From NCBI RefSeq assembly GCF_009914755.1, contig NC_060945.1: a stretch of 64,000 nucleotides of DNA. The stretch is one strand, 5' to 3'. The notes below the pieces were generated by a model. That model saw only the letters and a program-made list of their open reading frames with translations. It was not told the origin of the DNA and searched no databases. The position numbers and the translations under genes were made by a program. The DNA is from the human T2T-CHM13v2.0 reference genome, Homo sapiens. Shown here in pieces: positions 44,758 to 59,560 of this stretch (position 1 is its first letter; each line of letters starts with the position of its first letter).

Positions 44758-47700
44758 CATTTCATTCCTTTCCATTCCATTCTGTTCCAGTCTTATACAC
44801 TCTGTTCCATTCCGTTCCACTCTACTCCATTCCACACCACTCCATTCCAATCCACTCCACACCATTCAATTCCACTCAACTCCACTCTACTCCTATCTAT
44901 TCCACTCCATTCCGTTCCAATCCACTCCATTCCACTCCATTCTACTACACTCCACTCCCCTCTTTTGCATTCCGTTCCATTCCATTCCTCTCCATTCCAT
45001 TCCATTCCATTCCGTTGCATTCCATTCTATTCTTGCACTCCACTACATTCCGTTCCCTTCCACTCCATTCCATTCCATTCCATTACACTCCAATTCATTC
45101 CAATCCATTCCACTCCAATCCAATCAAATCAACTCCATTCCATTCCATTCTATTCCAATCCATTCCTTTCAATTCCATTACATTACATTCCACTGCACTT
45201 CATTCCCATCCATTCCACTCCACTCCAATCAAATCAGCTCCATTCCATTCCATTCCATTCCATTCCAATCCATTCCATTCCATTCCATTCCCATCCACTC
45301 AAACCCACTCCAATCCACTCCAATCCACTCCATTCCATTTAATTCCACTCCTCTCCACTCAACTACATTCCACTCGATTCCATCCCACTCCACTGAAATC
45401 TATTCCACTCCAGTCCATCCACTCCATTCCACTTGATTTCACTGCATTCCACTCCATTCCAATCCAATCCATTCCATTCCATTCCATTCCATTCCATTCC
45501 ATTCCACTACAATCCATTCCACTCCATTCCACTGAACTACATTCCACTCCATTGCATTCCAATCCAATCCACTCCAATCCAGTCCTCTCCATTCCACTCC
45601 ATTCTATTCCACTACCTTTCTTTCCTCTCCATTCCATGCCATTTCTGTCCATTCCATTTCATTCGACTCCGTTCTGTTTAATTCCATTTTGTTCCATTCC
45701 ATTCCACTCCACTCCACTCCACTCCACTCCACTCCACTCCACTCCACTTTATTCCTTTCCATTCCATTCCATTCCATTTCATTCCACTCCACTCCATTGC
45801 ATTCCAGTCATCTTCACTCCATTGAATTCCATTTTATTCCACTCCACTCCATTCCATTCCATTTCACTCCATTCTATTCCAATCCACTCCATGCCACTGC
45901 ATTTCAATCCATTCCATTCCACTCCACTCCCCTTCATTCCATTCCATTCCAATCCATTCCAACCCATTCAATTCCATTATATTCCAATCCACTGCTTTCC
46001 ACTCCATTCCACAACACTCATTTCCATTCCACTCCTTTCCACTGCACTCCAGTCCGTTACATTCCACTCCACATCCGTCCACTCCATTCCATTCCACTCA
46101 ATTCCATCTCATTCCGTACCATTCCGCTGCATTCCGTTCAATTCCATTGCATTCCATTCCATTCCACTCCCTTCCATTCCATTCCATTTCTCTCCATTCC
46201 AATCCAATCTACTCTATTTCCTTCCATTCCATTCCACTCCATTCCATACGAAAACATTCCGCTCCACTCTCTTCCATTCCATTTCATTCCATTCCACTGC
46301 AATCCATTCCATTCCATTCCACTCCATTCCATTCCACTTCATTTCAGTGCACTCCTTTCCACTCCATTCCATTCCACTCCTTTCCATTCCATTCCACTCC
46401 TTTCCATTCCATTCCATTCAAATCCCCTCCTACCCAATCATTCCATTCCGTTCCATTCCATTCCATTCCATTCCTTTCCTTTCCTCTCCACCACATCTCA
46501 TTCCTTTGCATTCAATTCCAATACACTCCACTCCATTCCATTACACTACACTCCATTCCATTCCATTCCATTCCATATCATTCCATTCCAGTACACTATA
46601 CACTTTTGCATTCCATTCCATTCCACTCCATTCCACTCCACTCCATTCCATTCCATTCCCCCACACTCCATTCCATTCCATTCCAATCTACTCCGTTCCA
46701 CTCCACTCTATTCCAATGCATTCAACTCCATTCCATCACCCTGCATTCCATTCCACTTCATACCATTCCACTCCAATCCATTCCATTCCATTCCATTCCA
46801 TTCCACTCCGCTCCATTCCATGCCATTCCACTCCATTCAATTCCAGTCCACTCCTCTCCTTTACATTCCTATCCACTTCATTCCATTCTTTCCATTCCAT
46901 TGCATTCCGTTCCATTCTATTCCATTCCATAAAATTCCTTTCCATTCCTCTAATCTCCATTCCATTCATTTCCAGTGCATTCCATTCCACTCCATTCCAT
47001 TGCAATCCATTCCACTCCATTCCAATGCAATCCATTCCATTCCATTCCATTCCATTCCATTCCCTTTGATTCCACTCCTCTCCATTCCATTCCACTCCAC
47101 TCAATTCCATTCCATTCCATTCCATTCCATTCCATTCCATTCCATTCCATTCCATTGCATTCCTTTGAATTCCATTACTTTCCACTCCACTCCATTATAT
47201 TTCATTCCAATCAATCCCACTCCACTAAACTCTACTCCATTCCATTCCATTTCATTCCATAATATTCCACTCTACCCAATTCCATTCCACTCTACGGCAC
47301 TCCATTCCATTGCATTCCATTTCATTCCATCCCATTCCATTCCTTTGCTCTCCACTCCTTTCCATTCTATTACACTACATTCCATTCCAATCTACTCCAC
47401 TTCACTACGTTCGACTCCATTCCATTCCACTCCACTCACCTCCTCTCCATTCCTATCTATTCCATTCCATTTCATTTCATTCCATTCCTTTCCACTCCAC
47501 TCCAAACAATTCCATTCCATGCCTTTCCATTCCATTCCATTTCATTCCATTTCCCTCCATTCCCCTCCATTCTAATCCAATTCAGTACACTCTATTCCAC
47601 TCCATTCCACTCCATCACATTCCATTCCATTCGGTTCCATAGCTATCCTTTCCATTCCATTCCAATCTATTCCATATCACTTCTCTCCACTCTTTTAATC

Positions 47701-48474
47701 TCTCCTCCATTTCATTCCATTTCTTTCCATTCCATTCCATTCCATTCCATTCCATTCCATTCCATTCCATTCCATTCCATTCCATTCCACTCCACTCCAT
47801 TCCACTCCATTCCACTCCACTCCATTCCACTCCATTCCATTCCACTCCAATCCATTCCACTCCGTTCCATTCCACTCCATCTCCTCCTCTCCAATCCTTT
47901 CCATTCCGTTCCATTCTTTTTCATTGCATTCCATTCCATTCCATTCCAATCCACTCCGTTCCATTCCATTCCACTCCACTGCATTCCATTCCATTGCATT
48001 CCAATCCATTCCATTGCATTCCATTTCATTCCATTATATGCCACTCCATTCCATTTCACTCAATTCCATTCCACTACAATCCGTTCAATTCCGTACCATT
48101 CCACTGCACTCCACTCCACTCCTTTCCACCCCATTCCATTCCATTACATTCCCCTCCACTCCACCCCATTCCATTCAACTGCACTCCATTCTATTCCACT
48201 CCCCTCCTTTCCATTCCCTTCCATTCGATTCCATTCCATTCCCCTCCATTCCACTCCACTGCATACTATTCCATTCCATTCCAATCCATTCCCCTCCACT
48301 TCACTCTATTCCTTTCCACACCTTTCCCCTCCACTCAACTCCATTCCACTCTATTCCTTTCTTATCTATTTCATTCCAGTCCATTCCTTTTTACTCCACT
48401 CGAATCCATTCCTCTCCACTCCACCCCATTCATTTCCACTCCACTCCATTCTACTCCATTCCATTCCATTCCAT

Positions 48475-48640
48475 TCCACTCCATTCCATTACATTCCTCT
48501 CCACTGCATTCCAGTCCATTCCACTCCATTCCCTACCATTCCATTAAATTCCACTCCATTCCATTCCATTCCTCTCCATTGCATTCCAGTCCATTCCACT
48601 CCATTCCCTACCATTCCATTAAACTCCACTCCATTCCATC
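48475..48640 (+). repeat. 75-bp tandem duplication
   Basis: CCCTACCATTCCATTAAA at 48531 and 48606. Confidence 0.85.
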
Positions 48641-51600
48641 GCATTTCATTCCACTCCAATCCCCTCCTCTGCATTTCATTCCATTCCCTTCTATTCCAAT
48701 CCATTCCATTCCATTCACCTCCGCTTTATGTCGTTCCATTCCACTCCATTCCATTCCTTTCCATTCCATTCCAATTCCTTTCACTCCCCTGCACACCATT
48801 CCATTCCACTCCACTCCATCCCACTCCATACCACTCCGTTCCACTACACTCCATTCCATTCCATTCCATTACACTACACTCCGTTCCATTTCATTCCACT
48901 ACACTCCATTCCACTCTATTCCTATCCACACCAAACCATTCCACTTCACACCATTCCATTCCATTCCATTGCACTACACTTCATTCCAGCTCATTTAACT
49001 CCATTCCATTCCACTCCACTCAACTCCATTCGATACCACTCCATTCCTTTCCATTCCATTCCATTCCACAACACTCCATTGCATTCCATTCCATTTATCT
49101 CCATTCCATTCCTCTCCATTCCACTCAATTGCATTCTATTCCATTCTTTCCATTCCATTTATTTCAATTCTATTCCACTCCACTCCATTCCATTCCTTTC
49201 CACTCCACTCCATTCCACTCCATTCCATTCCATTCCATTCCATTCCATTCCATTCCATTTCATTCAATAAAAATCCACTCGATCCCACTCCACTCCCTTC
49301 CACTCGATTCTACTAAACTCCGTTCCATTCCATTCTACTCCACACAACTCTGTTCAATTCCATTCCATTCCACTCGATTAAATTCCAGTGCACAACTTTA
49401 CACTCCAATCCACTCGAATCCATTCTATTACATTCCTTTAAACTCCAATCCATTCCATTACATTCCACTCCACTCCGTTCCACTCCATTCATTTCCACTC
49501 CACTGCACTCCATTCCACTGCATTCCTTTCCACTCCATTCCATTCCAATCCATTGTGGTCCATTTCATTCCACTCCAATCCACTCCACTACACTGCATTC
49601 CATTCTGCTCCAATCCATTCCATTCCATTCCATTCCATTCCATTCCATTCCGTTCAATTTCGTCCAATCCACCGTACTTCACTCAACTCCACTCCACTCC
49701 GCTCCACTCCATTCCATTCCATTTCTTTCCATTCCTTTCCATTTTATACCACTCCAAACAATTCCATTCCACTAAACCCCACTACAATACATTCTTATCC
49801 ATTTTATTCCATTCCATTACATCACATTCCACTCATTTCAATTCCACTCCTTTCCATTCCATTCCATTGCACTCAATTCCAGTCCACTGCACTCCAATAC
49901 ATTCCACTCCATTTTATTCCACTCCACTTCCGTCCTCTCCTTTACATTCCATTCCATTCCATTGGATTCCAATCCATTCCATTTCGTACCATTCCATTCC
50001 ATTCCATTCCACTCCACTCCAATCCATTCCTCTCCACTCCATTGCATTCCATTCCATTCCATTCCATTCCTTTCCATTCCATTCCACTGCACTCCTCTCC
50101 ATTCCTTTCCACTCCACTGAACTCCAATCCTTTCCACTACATTCCATTCCATTCCATTCCATTCCATACCACAGCATTCCATTGGATTCCACTGCATTCC
50201 ATTCCATTCCATTCCTTTCCATTCCATTCCATTCCATTGCATTCCATTCCTTTCCATTCCATTCCATTCCATTGCATTCCATTCCATTCCTTTCCATTCC
50301 ATTCCATTCCATTGCATTCCATTCCATTCCCTTCACCTCCATTCCATTTGATTCCACTCCACTCTTTTCCATTCCATTCCCTTCCCTTCCAATCCATTCC
50401 ACTCCATTCCTTTACATTCCTTTCCGTTCCATTCCACTCCACTGCACTGTATTCCATTCCACCCCACGCCTTTTGATTCCATTGCAATCCATTCCACTGC
50501 ACTCTCTTCCATTCCATTCTACTCCATTCCACTCCACTCCATCCCACTCCATTCCATTCATTCCATTCCATTGCACTCCATTCCATTCCACTCCACTCCA
50601 CTCCATTGGATTCCATTCCTTTGCATATGTTTCCACTCCATTTCACTCCACTCCTCCACTCCGTCCATTCCATTCAACTCCACTCCATTCTACTCCATTC
50701 TATTCCACTCCACTCCAGTCCATTCCATTCCACTGCATTCCATCCCTCTCCATTCCATTCAACTCGACACCATTCCTTTGCATTACACTCCACTCCACTC
50801 CATTCCACTCTACTCCATTCAATACCATTCAATTGCATTCAACACCACAACATTCCACTGCACTCCACAACTTTCCATTCCATTCCACTACACTCTATTC
50901 CTCTCCAATCCATTCCACTCCACTCTACCCTTTTCCATTCCACTCAATTCCATTCCACTAAATTCCATTCCACTCCACTCCACTCCATTGCATTTCATTG
51001 CATTCCACTCCACTCACTTCCATTCTATTCCCCACCACTCCACTCCATTCCATTCCATCCCATCCAATTCTACTCCATTCCATTCCATTCCTTTCCATTG
51101 AATTCCATTCTATTCCACTCCACCCCATTCCACCCCATTCCATTTCTTTCCATTCCATTCCATTCCTTTCCATTCCATTCCACTAAATACCATTCCTTTC
51201 CACTCCAATACATTCCATTCCGGTCCACTCCATTCCATTCCATTCCTTTCCATTCCATTCCATTCCTTTCCTTTACATTGATTTCCAATTCATTCTACTC
51301 CACTCCATTCCATTCCATTCCACTCCACTCCATTCCGTTCCATTCCACTCGACCCAACTCCACTCCACTCGATTCCATTCCATTCCATTCCATTCCATTC
51401 TCTTCCACTTCACTCAATTCCATTCCACTCCACACCACTCTGTTCCGTTCCATTCCTTTTCTTTCCATTTCATTCCATTCCATTCAATTCCATTCCTTTC
51501 CATTCCGTTCCATTCCAATTGTTGCCAATCCAATCAACTACATTCCGTTTAAATCCCCGCAAATCAAGTACATTCCACTCCATTCCATTCCACTGCACTA

Positions 51601-52150
51601 ACATACACTCCATTCCGTTTCATTTACTTGTATTCCACTCCACTGCACTCCACTCCCTTCCACTCCACTCCATTCCATTCGATTCAGTTTCATTCTATTA
51701 CATTCCACTCCACTCCATTCCATTCCACTCCCTTCCACTCCACTCCACAGCATTCCACTTCATTCCATTCCATTCCACTCGATTCCATCCCGTTCCAATC
51801 CATTCCATTTCACTCCACTCCACTTCATTCCACTCCACTCCATTGCATTCCACTCCATTCCATTGCATTCCATTTCATTCCATTCCAATCCATTCCATTC
51901 CATTCCATTCCACTTCAGTTCAGCCATTCTGTTCCACTCCACTCCATTCCAATGCATTCCAATCCATTCCATTGCATTCCATTCCATTACATTCCATTCC
52001 AATCCATTCCATTCCATTCCAATCAACTCAATTCCATTCATTTTCATTCCATTCCACTCCACTCTATTCCATTCGTTAGCATTCCATTAGATTGCATTCC
52101 ATTCCATTCCAATCCATTCTATTCCACTCCATTCCATTCCATTCCACTGC

Positions 52151-52300
52151 ACTCCATTCCATTCAATTTCATTCCACTCCACTTCATTACATTCCATTCA
52201 ATTCCAATCCATTCCATTCCATTCCACTTCACTCCATTCCATTCAATTTCATTCCACTCCACTTCATTACATTCCATTCAATTCCAATCCATTCCATTCC
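52151..52300 (+). repeat. 80-bp tandem duplication
   Basis: ATTCAATTTCATTCCACTCCACTTCATTAC at 52161 and 52241. Confidence 0.9.
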
Positions 52301-55300
52301 ACTCACTTCCATTCCATACCATTCGAGTCCATTCCACTCCGCTCCGTTTCATTTCATTCTACTCCATTCCATTTCACTCCACTCCAATCCATTCCATTCC
52401 ACTGCATTCAATTCCAATCCATACCGTTCCACTCCACTCCCTTCCATTCCATTCCATTCTACTCCACTCCACTCAACTACATTCCACTCCATTCCATTTC
52501 AATCCATGCCCATCCACTCCTTTAGATTCCATTCATTTCTATTCCATTTCATTCCATTCCACTCCATTTCATTGCATTCACATACACGCCACTCCATCCC
52601 ACTCCATTCCATTCCATTCCACTCCATTCCATTCCATTCCATTCCATTCCATTCCATTCCATTCCATTCCATTCCATTGCATTCCATTCTACTCCATTCT
52701 ATTCCATTCCACCCATTCCATTCCATTCCATTCCATTCCACTGCATTCCTTTCCATTCCATTGAATTCCACTGAACTCTATTCCATTCCAGTACACTCGA
52801 CCGCATTCGAATCCGCTCCACTCCCTTCCATTCCATTGCATTCTTTTCTACTCCACTCACTTCCATTCCACTCCTCCCCAATCGATTCCTTTACATTCCA
52901 TTCCATTCCATTCCATTCCATTGCTTTCCATTCCATTCCACTCCACTCCTCTCTTTTCCATTCCACTCCACTATGCTCTACTCCACTCTATTGCATTCCA
53001 TTCCACTCTACTCCACTCCACTCACTACTATTCCACTCCACCCCAACCGATTCGTTTCCATTCCATTCCACTTCATTCCATTCCATTCCATTCCATTCCA
53101 TCCTTCTACATTCCACTCTATTCCATTCCATTCCGTTTCACTCCACTCCAGTTCATTTCACTCCACTCCACTACATTCCTTTGCATTCCATTCCATTGCA
53201 ATTCACTCCACTCCATTCCACTCCACTCCACCCATCTACACTCTATTCCACTCCTTTCCACTCCTTTCCATTCAATTCCATTGCATTCCATTGCATTCCA
53301 CTCCATGGAATTCCATTCGATATCACTTCACTCAATTCCATTCCATTCCACTCGACCCCACTCCACTCGACTCCACTCCATTCCATTCCATTTCTTCCAC
53401 TCCACTCAATTCCATTTCACTCCACTCCACTCCATTCATTCCATTCCATTCCATTCCATTCCATTCCACACATTTCCATTCCCTTTCACTACATTCCTTT
53501 CCAATCCACTCAACTCCACTATATTCCACTCCATTTCATTCAATTCCACACCCCTCCTCTCCATTCCATCAATTCCATTCCACTCCACTCCATTTCACTC
53601 CACTGCTTTCAATTCAATTCCATTCCTTTAAATTCCATTCCACTCCACTCTACTCCGTTCCATTCCACTCTACTCTACTCCACTCTATACCAATCCATTC
53701 AAACTCATTCCACTGCACTACACTTCATTGCACTCCATTCCATTCCATTCCTTTCCATTCTACCACACACAGATCCAATGCATTGCACTCTACTGCATTG
53801 CACTCCACTCCATTCCAATCAACTCAACTCCATTCCATTCCACTCCATTCCAATCCACTCCATACCATTCCACTCCACTCCACTCCACTCCATTCCATTC
53901 CATTCCATTCCACTCCACTCCATTTCATTCCATTCCATTCCATTCCATTCCACTCCACTCCATTCCATTCCATTGCATTCCATTCCACGCCACTCTGTTC
54001 CACTCCACTGCAGTCCAATCCATTCCACTCCACTCCATGCCGTTCCATTCCACTCCAATCCATCCCATTCCATTCCATTCCGTTACACTCCATTCCATTT
54101 CATTCGAATACACTCCGTTCCATTCCATTCCACTACACTCCGTTTCATTGCATACCACTCCATTCCACTCCATTCCATTCCATTCCATTCCATTCCACTA
54201 CACTCCGTTCCGTTCCATACCACTCCATTCCACTCCATTCCTTTCCATTCCATTCCATTCCATTCCATTCCATTCCATTCCCTTATACTCTGTTCCATTC
54301 CATACCACTCCATTCCACTGCACTCCATTCCATTCCGTTCCATTCCATTTCACTCCATTGCTTTCCATTCCATTCCATTCCATTCTTCTCTATTCCATTC
54401 CATTCCATTCCACTACACTCCGTTCCATTCTATTACATTCAATTCCACTATACTCCATTCCATTCTGTTACATTCAATTCCACTACCCTCCGTTTCATTC
54501 CATACCACTCCATGCCACTCAATTCCATTCCATTCCATTCCATTCCATTCCATTCCTTTCCACTACACTCTGTTCCTTTCCATACCACTCCATTCCAATC
54601 CACTCCATTCCATTCCATTCCATTCCATTCCATTCCATTCCATTCCATTCCATTCCATACCAGTCCATTCCAAACCACTCCATTCCATTCCATTCCATTA
54701 CATTTCACTCCATTCCATTCCATTGCAGCACACTCAATTTCTCTCCACTCCGTTCCACTGCATTCCAATCCACTCCACTCCATTCCCTTCCACTACAATC
54801 GATTCCATTCTATTCCATTCCATTTCACTCTATTCCACTCCATTACACACCACTCAATTCCACTCCACTCCAGTCCATTCCTCTACACTCTACTCCATTC
54901 CATTCGATTGCATTACACTCCATTCCATTCCACTGCACTCGACTCCACTCCACTCCTTTCCATTTTATTCCATTGAATTCCATTCCACTCGACACCATTC
55001 CATTCCATTCCATTCCATCCCATTCCATGCCATGCGAATCCATTCCATTCTATTACACTCCATTATATTCCGTACCGTTCCATTCCACTCCATATCATAG
55101 CATACCACTCCACTCCATTCCATTACACTCCATTCCATTCCAATCCATTCATTTCCAATCCAGTCCACTGGAATCCATTCCATTCCATTCCACTGCATTC
55201 CATTCCATTCCACTCCATTCCACTCCATTGCATTCCATTCCATTCCTTTCCATTCCATTCCATTCCATTCCTTTCCATTCCATTCCATTTCACTGATCTC

Positions 55301-56419
55301 CATTCCATTCCACTGAATACTATTCCAATCCATTCCATTCCTTTATATCCTTTAAATTCCCTTCAATTTCAGTCCTCTCCACTCCATTCCAATACATTCC
55401 ATTGCATTCCATTCCACTCCATTGCATTCTATTCCGTTTCATTCCCTACAACTTTATTCCATTCCATTCAACTCCACATTAATCGAGTCCAATCCACTCC
55501 ACTCCATTCCATTCCATTGCCTTCCATTCCATTCCATTCCATTCCATTCCACTCCATTTCACTCTATTCAATAACAGTGCATTCCTATCCATTCCATCCC
55601 ATTCCACTCCTCTCCATTCTATTCCACTCCATTGCATTCCATTCTGCTCCACTCCACTTCATACCATAGCATTCCACTGTACTCCACTCCATTCCACTCG
55701 CTTCCACTCCAATCCATTCCACAAGATTCCATTCCACGCCAGACCACACCATTCCATTCCATTCCAATCATATACATTTCACTCCATTCCTTTCAATTCA
55801 TTTCCACTCCACTCATTTATATTCCATTCCACCCCACACCCCTCCTCTCCATTCCTTTCCATTACCTGCCACTCCACTCCACTCCATTCCATTCCACTCC
55901 ACTCCATTCCATGCCATTCAATTCCATTCCAATGCACTGCTTTCCATTCAATTCCATTCCATTACACTCCACTTCATTCCATTCCACTCAATTCCGCTAT
56001 TTTCCATTCCATGCCACTGCATTCCATTCCATTGAATTCTTTTCCATTCCACTCCATGCCATTGCATTCCATTCCACTCCACTCCATTCCACTGGATTCC
56101 TTTCCATTTTATTCCATTACTTTCCATTCCATTTCATTCAATTACAATCTAATCGACCACACTCCACTCCATACCATTCCTTTCCCTTCCACTTCATTCA
56201 AATCCATTCCACTGCATTCTGTTCCATTCCATACAATTCCACTCTATTGCGTTACACTCCATTCCATTCCATGCCATCCCTCCCCATTCCATTCCACTCC
56301 ATTTCATTCCATTCCACTCCATTTCATTTCATTCCATTCCATTCCATTCCTGTCCAATCCTATCCAAACCACTCCATTGCAATCCACTACGCTGCATTGC
56401 ATTCCATTCCATTCCATTC

Positions 56420-59400
56420 CAAATTTCATTCCACTCGACTCATCTCCACTCCACTCCATTACACTCCATTCCATTCGATTCCATTCCTTTCCTTTCTATT
56501 CCAATCCACTCAATTCCATTCCTCCCCACCCCAATCCATTCTATTCATTTCCATTTCATGCCATTCCATTTCTTTCCATTAAACTCCTTTATATTCCATT
56601 CCATTACATTCCATTATAATCCACTGCACTCCACTACATTCCACTCCATTCCATTCCAACCCACTCTCCTCCTCTCCATTTCATTCCATTCCATTCTATT
56701 GAATTTCTTTCCACTCGACTCATCTCCACTCCACTCCATTCCACTCCATTCCATTCCATTCCATTCCATTCCTTTCTATTCCAATCCACTCAAGTCCATT
56801 CCTCCCCACCCCAATCCATTCTACTCCTTTCCATTTCATGCCATTCCATTTCTTTCCATTAAACTCCTTTACATTCCATTGCACTACATTCCATTATTGT
56901 CCATTCCTCTCCACTATATTCCACTCCATTCCATTCCACCCCACTCCCTTCCTCTCCATTTCATTCCATTCCATTCCATTCCATTCCAATCCACTCCATT
57001 CCTCTCCAAACCATTCTGCTCAATTCCATTCCACTGCATTCAATTCCATTCCATGCCATTCCATTCCATTCATTTCCCTTCCATTCCATTCCACTCCACT
57101 CCTTTCCACTCTATTCCATTCCATTCCATTCCATTCCATTCCATTCCTTTCCATTCCCCTGCATTCCATACCACTCCATTCCACTCCACTTAACTCCATT
57201 CCACTCAATTCCATTCCACTAGACTCCACTCCATTGCATTCCACTCCATTCCATTCTACTCCAATCCATTCCACTCCATTCCAGGCCGTTCCATTCCATT
57301 CCATTCCACTCCATAAAACTCCAATCCATTCCACTCCACTCCATTCCATTCCACTCCATTCCATTCCATTCCACTCCATTCCATTCCATTCCATTCCATT
57401 CCATTCCATTCCATTCCTTTCCATTCCTTTCCCTTCCATTCCATTCCATTCCATTCCTTTCCATTCCTTTCCCTTCCATTCCATTCCACTACATTCCATT
57501 CCATTTTACACCTCTCCAATCCAATCCATTCCATTCCATTCCACTGTATTCCAGTCCTTTCCACTCCACTCCATTTGAATTCACTCCACTCCAATCCGTT
57601 CCATTCCATTCCATTTCTTTCCTTTGGATTCCTTTACACCCCACGCCATTCAACTTCATTCCACTCCACTCCACTCCATTCCTCTCCAATCCATTCCATT
57701 TCATTTCATTCCATTCCACTATACTCGGTTCCTTTTCATTCAACTCTACTCCACTCCTGATCATTCCATTCCACTCTACTCTATTTCACACTATTCCATT
57801 CTACTCAACTCTTCTCAATTCCATTCCACTCCATTCCATTCCATTCCATTCCACTCCATTCCATTCCACTCCACTCCAATCCATTCCATTAAATTCCACT
57901 TCACTGTATTCCACTCCACTCCATTCCACTACACACCCCTCATTTCCATTCCATTCCGTTCCATTCCATTCCACTCCATTCCATTCCACTCTATTCCATT
58001 CCATTCCATTCATTCCACTCCTCTTAATTCCATTCCATTCCATACAACTCCATTCCATTCCACTCCACTCTACTCCAATCCATTCCACTCCATTCCATTC
58101 CATTCCATTCCTGCCCGTTCCATTCCACTCCATTCCATTCCATTCCTTTCCGTTCCATTCCCTTCCACTCCAGTCCAATCCAATCCACTGCATTCCACTC
58201 CATTCCATTTCATTCCATTCCGTTGAATTTCATTCCACTCGACTCATCTCCACTCTTCTCCATTCCACTCCATTCCATTCCATTCCATTCCTTACCTTTC
58301 TATTCCAATCCACTCAATTCCATTCCACCCCATCCCAGTCCATTCTATTCCTCTCCATTTCATGTCATTCCATTATTTTCCATTGCATTCCTTCCTATTC
58401 CATTCCACTACATTGCATTATAATCCACTGCACTCCACTACGTTCCACTCCATTCCATTCCACCCCAATCCCCTCCTCCCCATTCCATTCCATTTCATTC
58501 CACTCCAATCGACTCTATTCCTCTCCAATCCATTCCATTCCATTCGGTTCCACTGCATTCAATTCCATTCCATGCCATTCCATTCGATTCATTTCCCTTC
58601 CATTCCATTCCATTCCACTCCATTCAACTCTTTTCAATTCCATTCCATTCCACTCCATTCAACTCTTTTCAAATGCATTCCATTCCATTCCAGTCCATTC
58701 CTTTCCTTTTTATTCCCCTGCATTTCATACTATTCCATTCCACTCCACTTGACTCCATTCCACTCCACTCGACTCCATTCTACTCCATTCCATTCCACTA
58801 GACTCCACTCCATTGCATTCCACTGCATTCCATTCTACTCCATTCCATTCCACAGCTTTCCACGCCGTTGCATTCCATTCCACTCTACTCCAATAAACTC
58901 CATTCCATTCCACTCCACTCCATTCCATTCCACACCATTCCATGCCGTTGCATTCCATTCCACTCTACTCCATTAAACTCTATTCCATTCCACTCCACTC
59001 CATTCCATTCCATTCCAGTCCATTCCATTCCATTACACTCCATTCCATTCCATTCCATACCTTTCCATTCGATTCCATTACACTACACTGCATTCCATTC
59101 CACTCCACTCCAATCCATTCCATTCCATTCCATTCCCCTCCACGCCATTCCATTCCACTCTATTTCACCACATTCCATTCCACTCAACTCCACTCCATTC
59201 CATTCCACTCCATTCCATTCCACTCCATTCCATTCCACTCCACTCCAATCCATTCCATTCAATTCCCCTTCTCTCCATTCCACTCCATTCCATTCCACTA
59301 CACTCCCCTCGTATCCATTGTATTCCATTCCATTCCTTTCCATTCCATTGCATTCCACTCCATTCCATTCCATTCATTCCACTCCACTCAATTCCATTCC

Positions 59401-59560
59401 ATTCTATTCCTCTCCCTTCAATTCCACTCCACTCCACTCCAATCCATTCCACTCCATTCCATTCCATTCCTTTCCACCCCATTCCATTCCTCTCCATTCC
59501 ATTCCATTCCTTTCCGGTCCATTCCCTTCCACTCCTATATACTCCAATTGACTGAATTCC
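56420..59560 (+). repeat. Nested duplications: 280-bp tandem (56420-56980) plus older ~1.4-1.5 kb tandem (56700-58220 / 58220-59560)
   Basis: CCACTCGACTCATCTCC at 56431, 56711, 58235; CACTGCATTCAATTCCATTCCATGCC near 57032 and 58551; TTTCCG[T/G]TCCATTCCCTTCCACTCC near 58147 and 59511. Confidence 0.8.
58861..59010 (+). repeat. 80-bp tandem duplication
   Basis: GCCGTTGCATTCCATTCCACTCTACTCCA at 58864 and 58944. Confidence 0.85.

Larger units (their letters stand above)
36000..49500 (+). repeat. Old higher-order periodicity of ~6.7-6.9 kb
   Basis: Rare landmarks pair at a near-constant offset: CATCAAATAG 36688/43512; CTAATCTCC 40242/46950; TATCACTT 40902/47675; CCGTACC 41311/48091; CATTTATCTCC 42268/49092; TTAAATTCCAGTGCAC 42518/49378. 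Confidence 0.75.
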
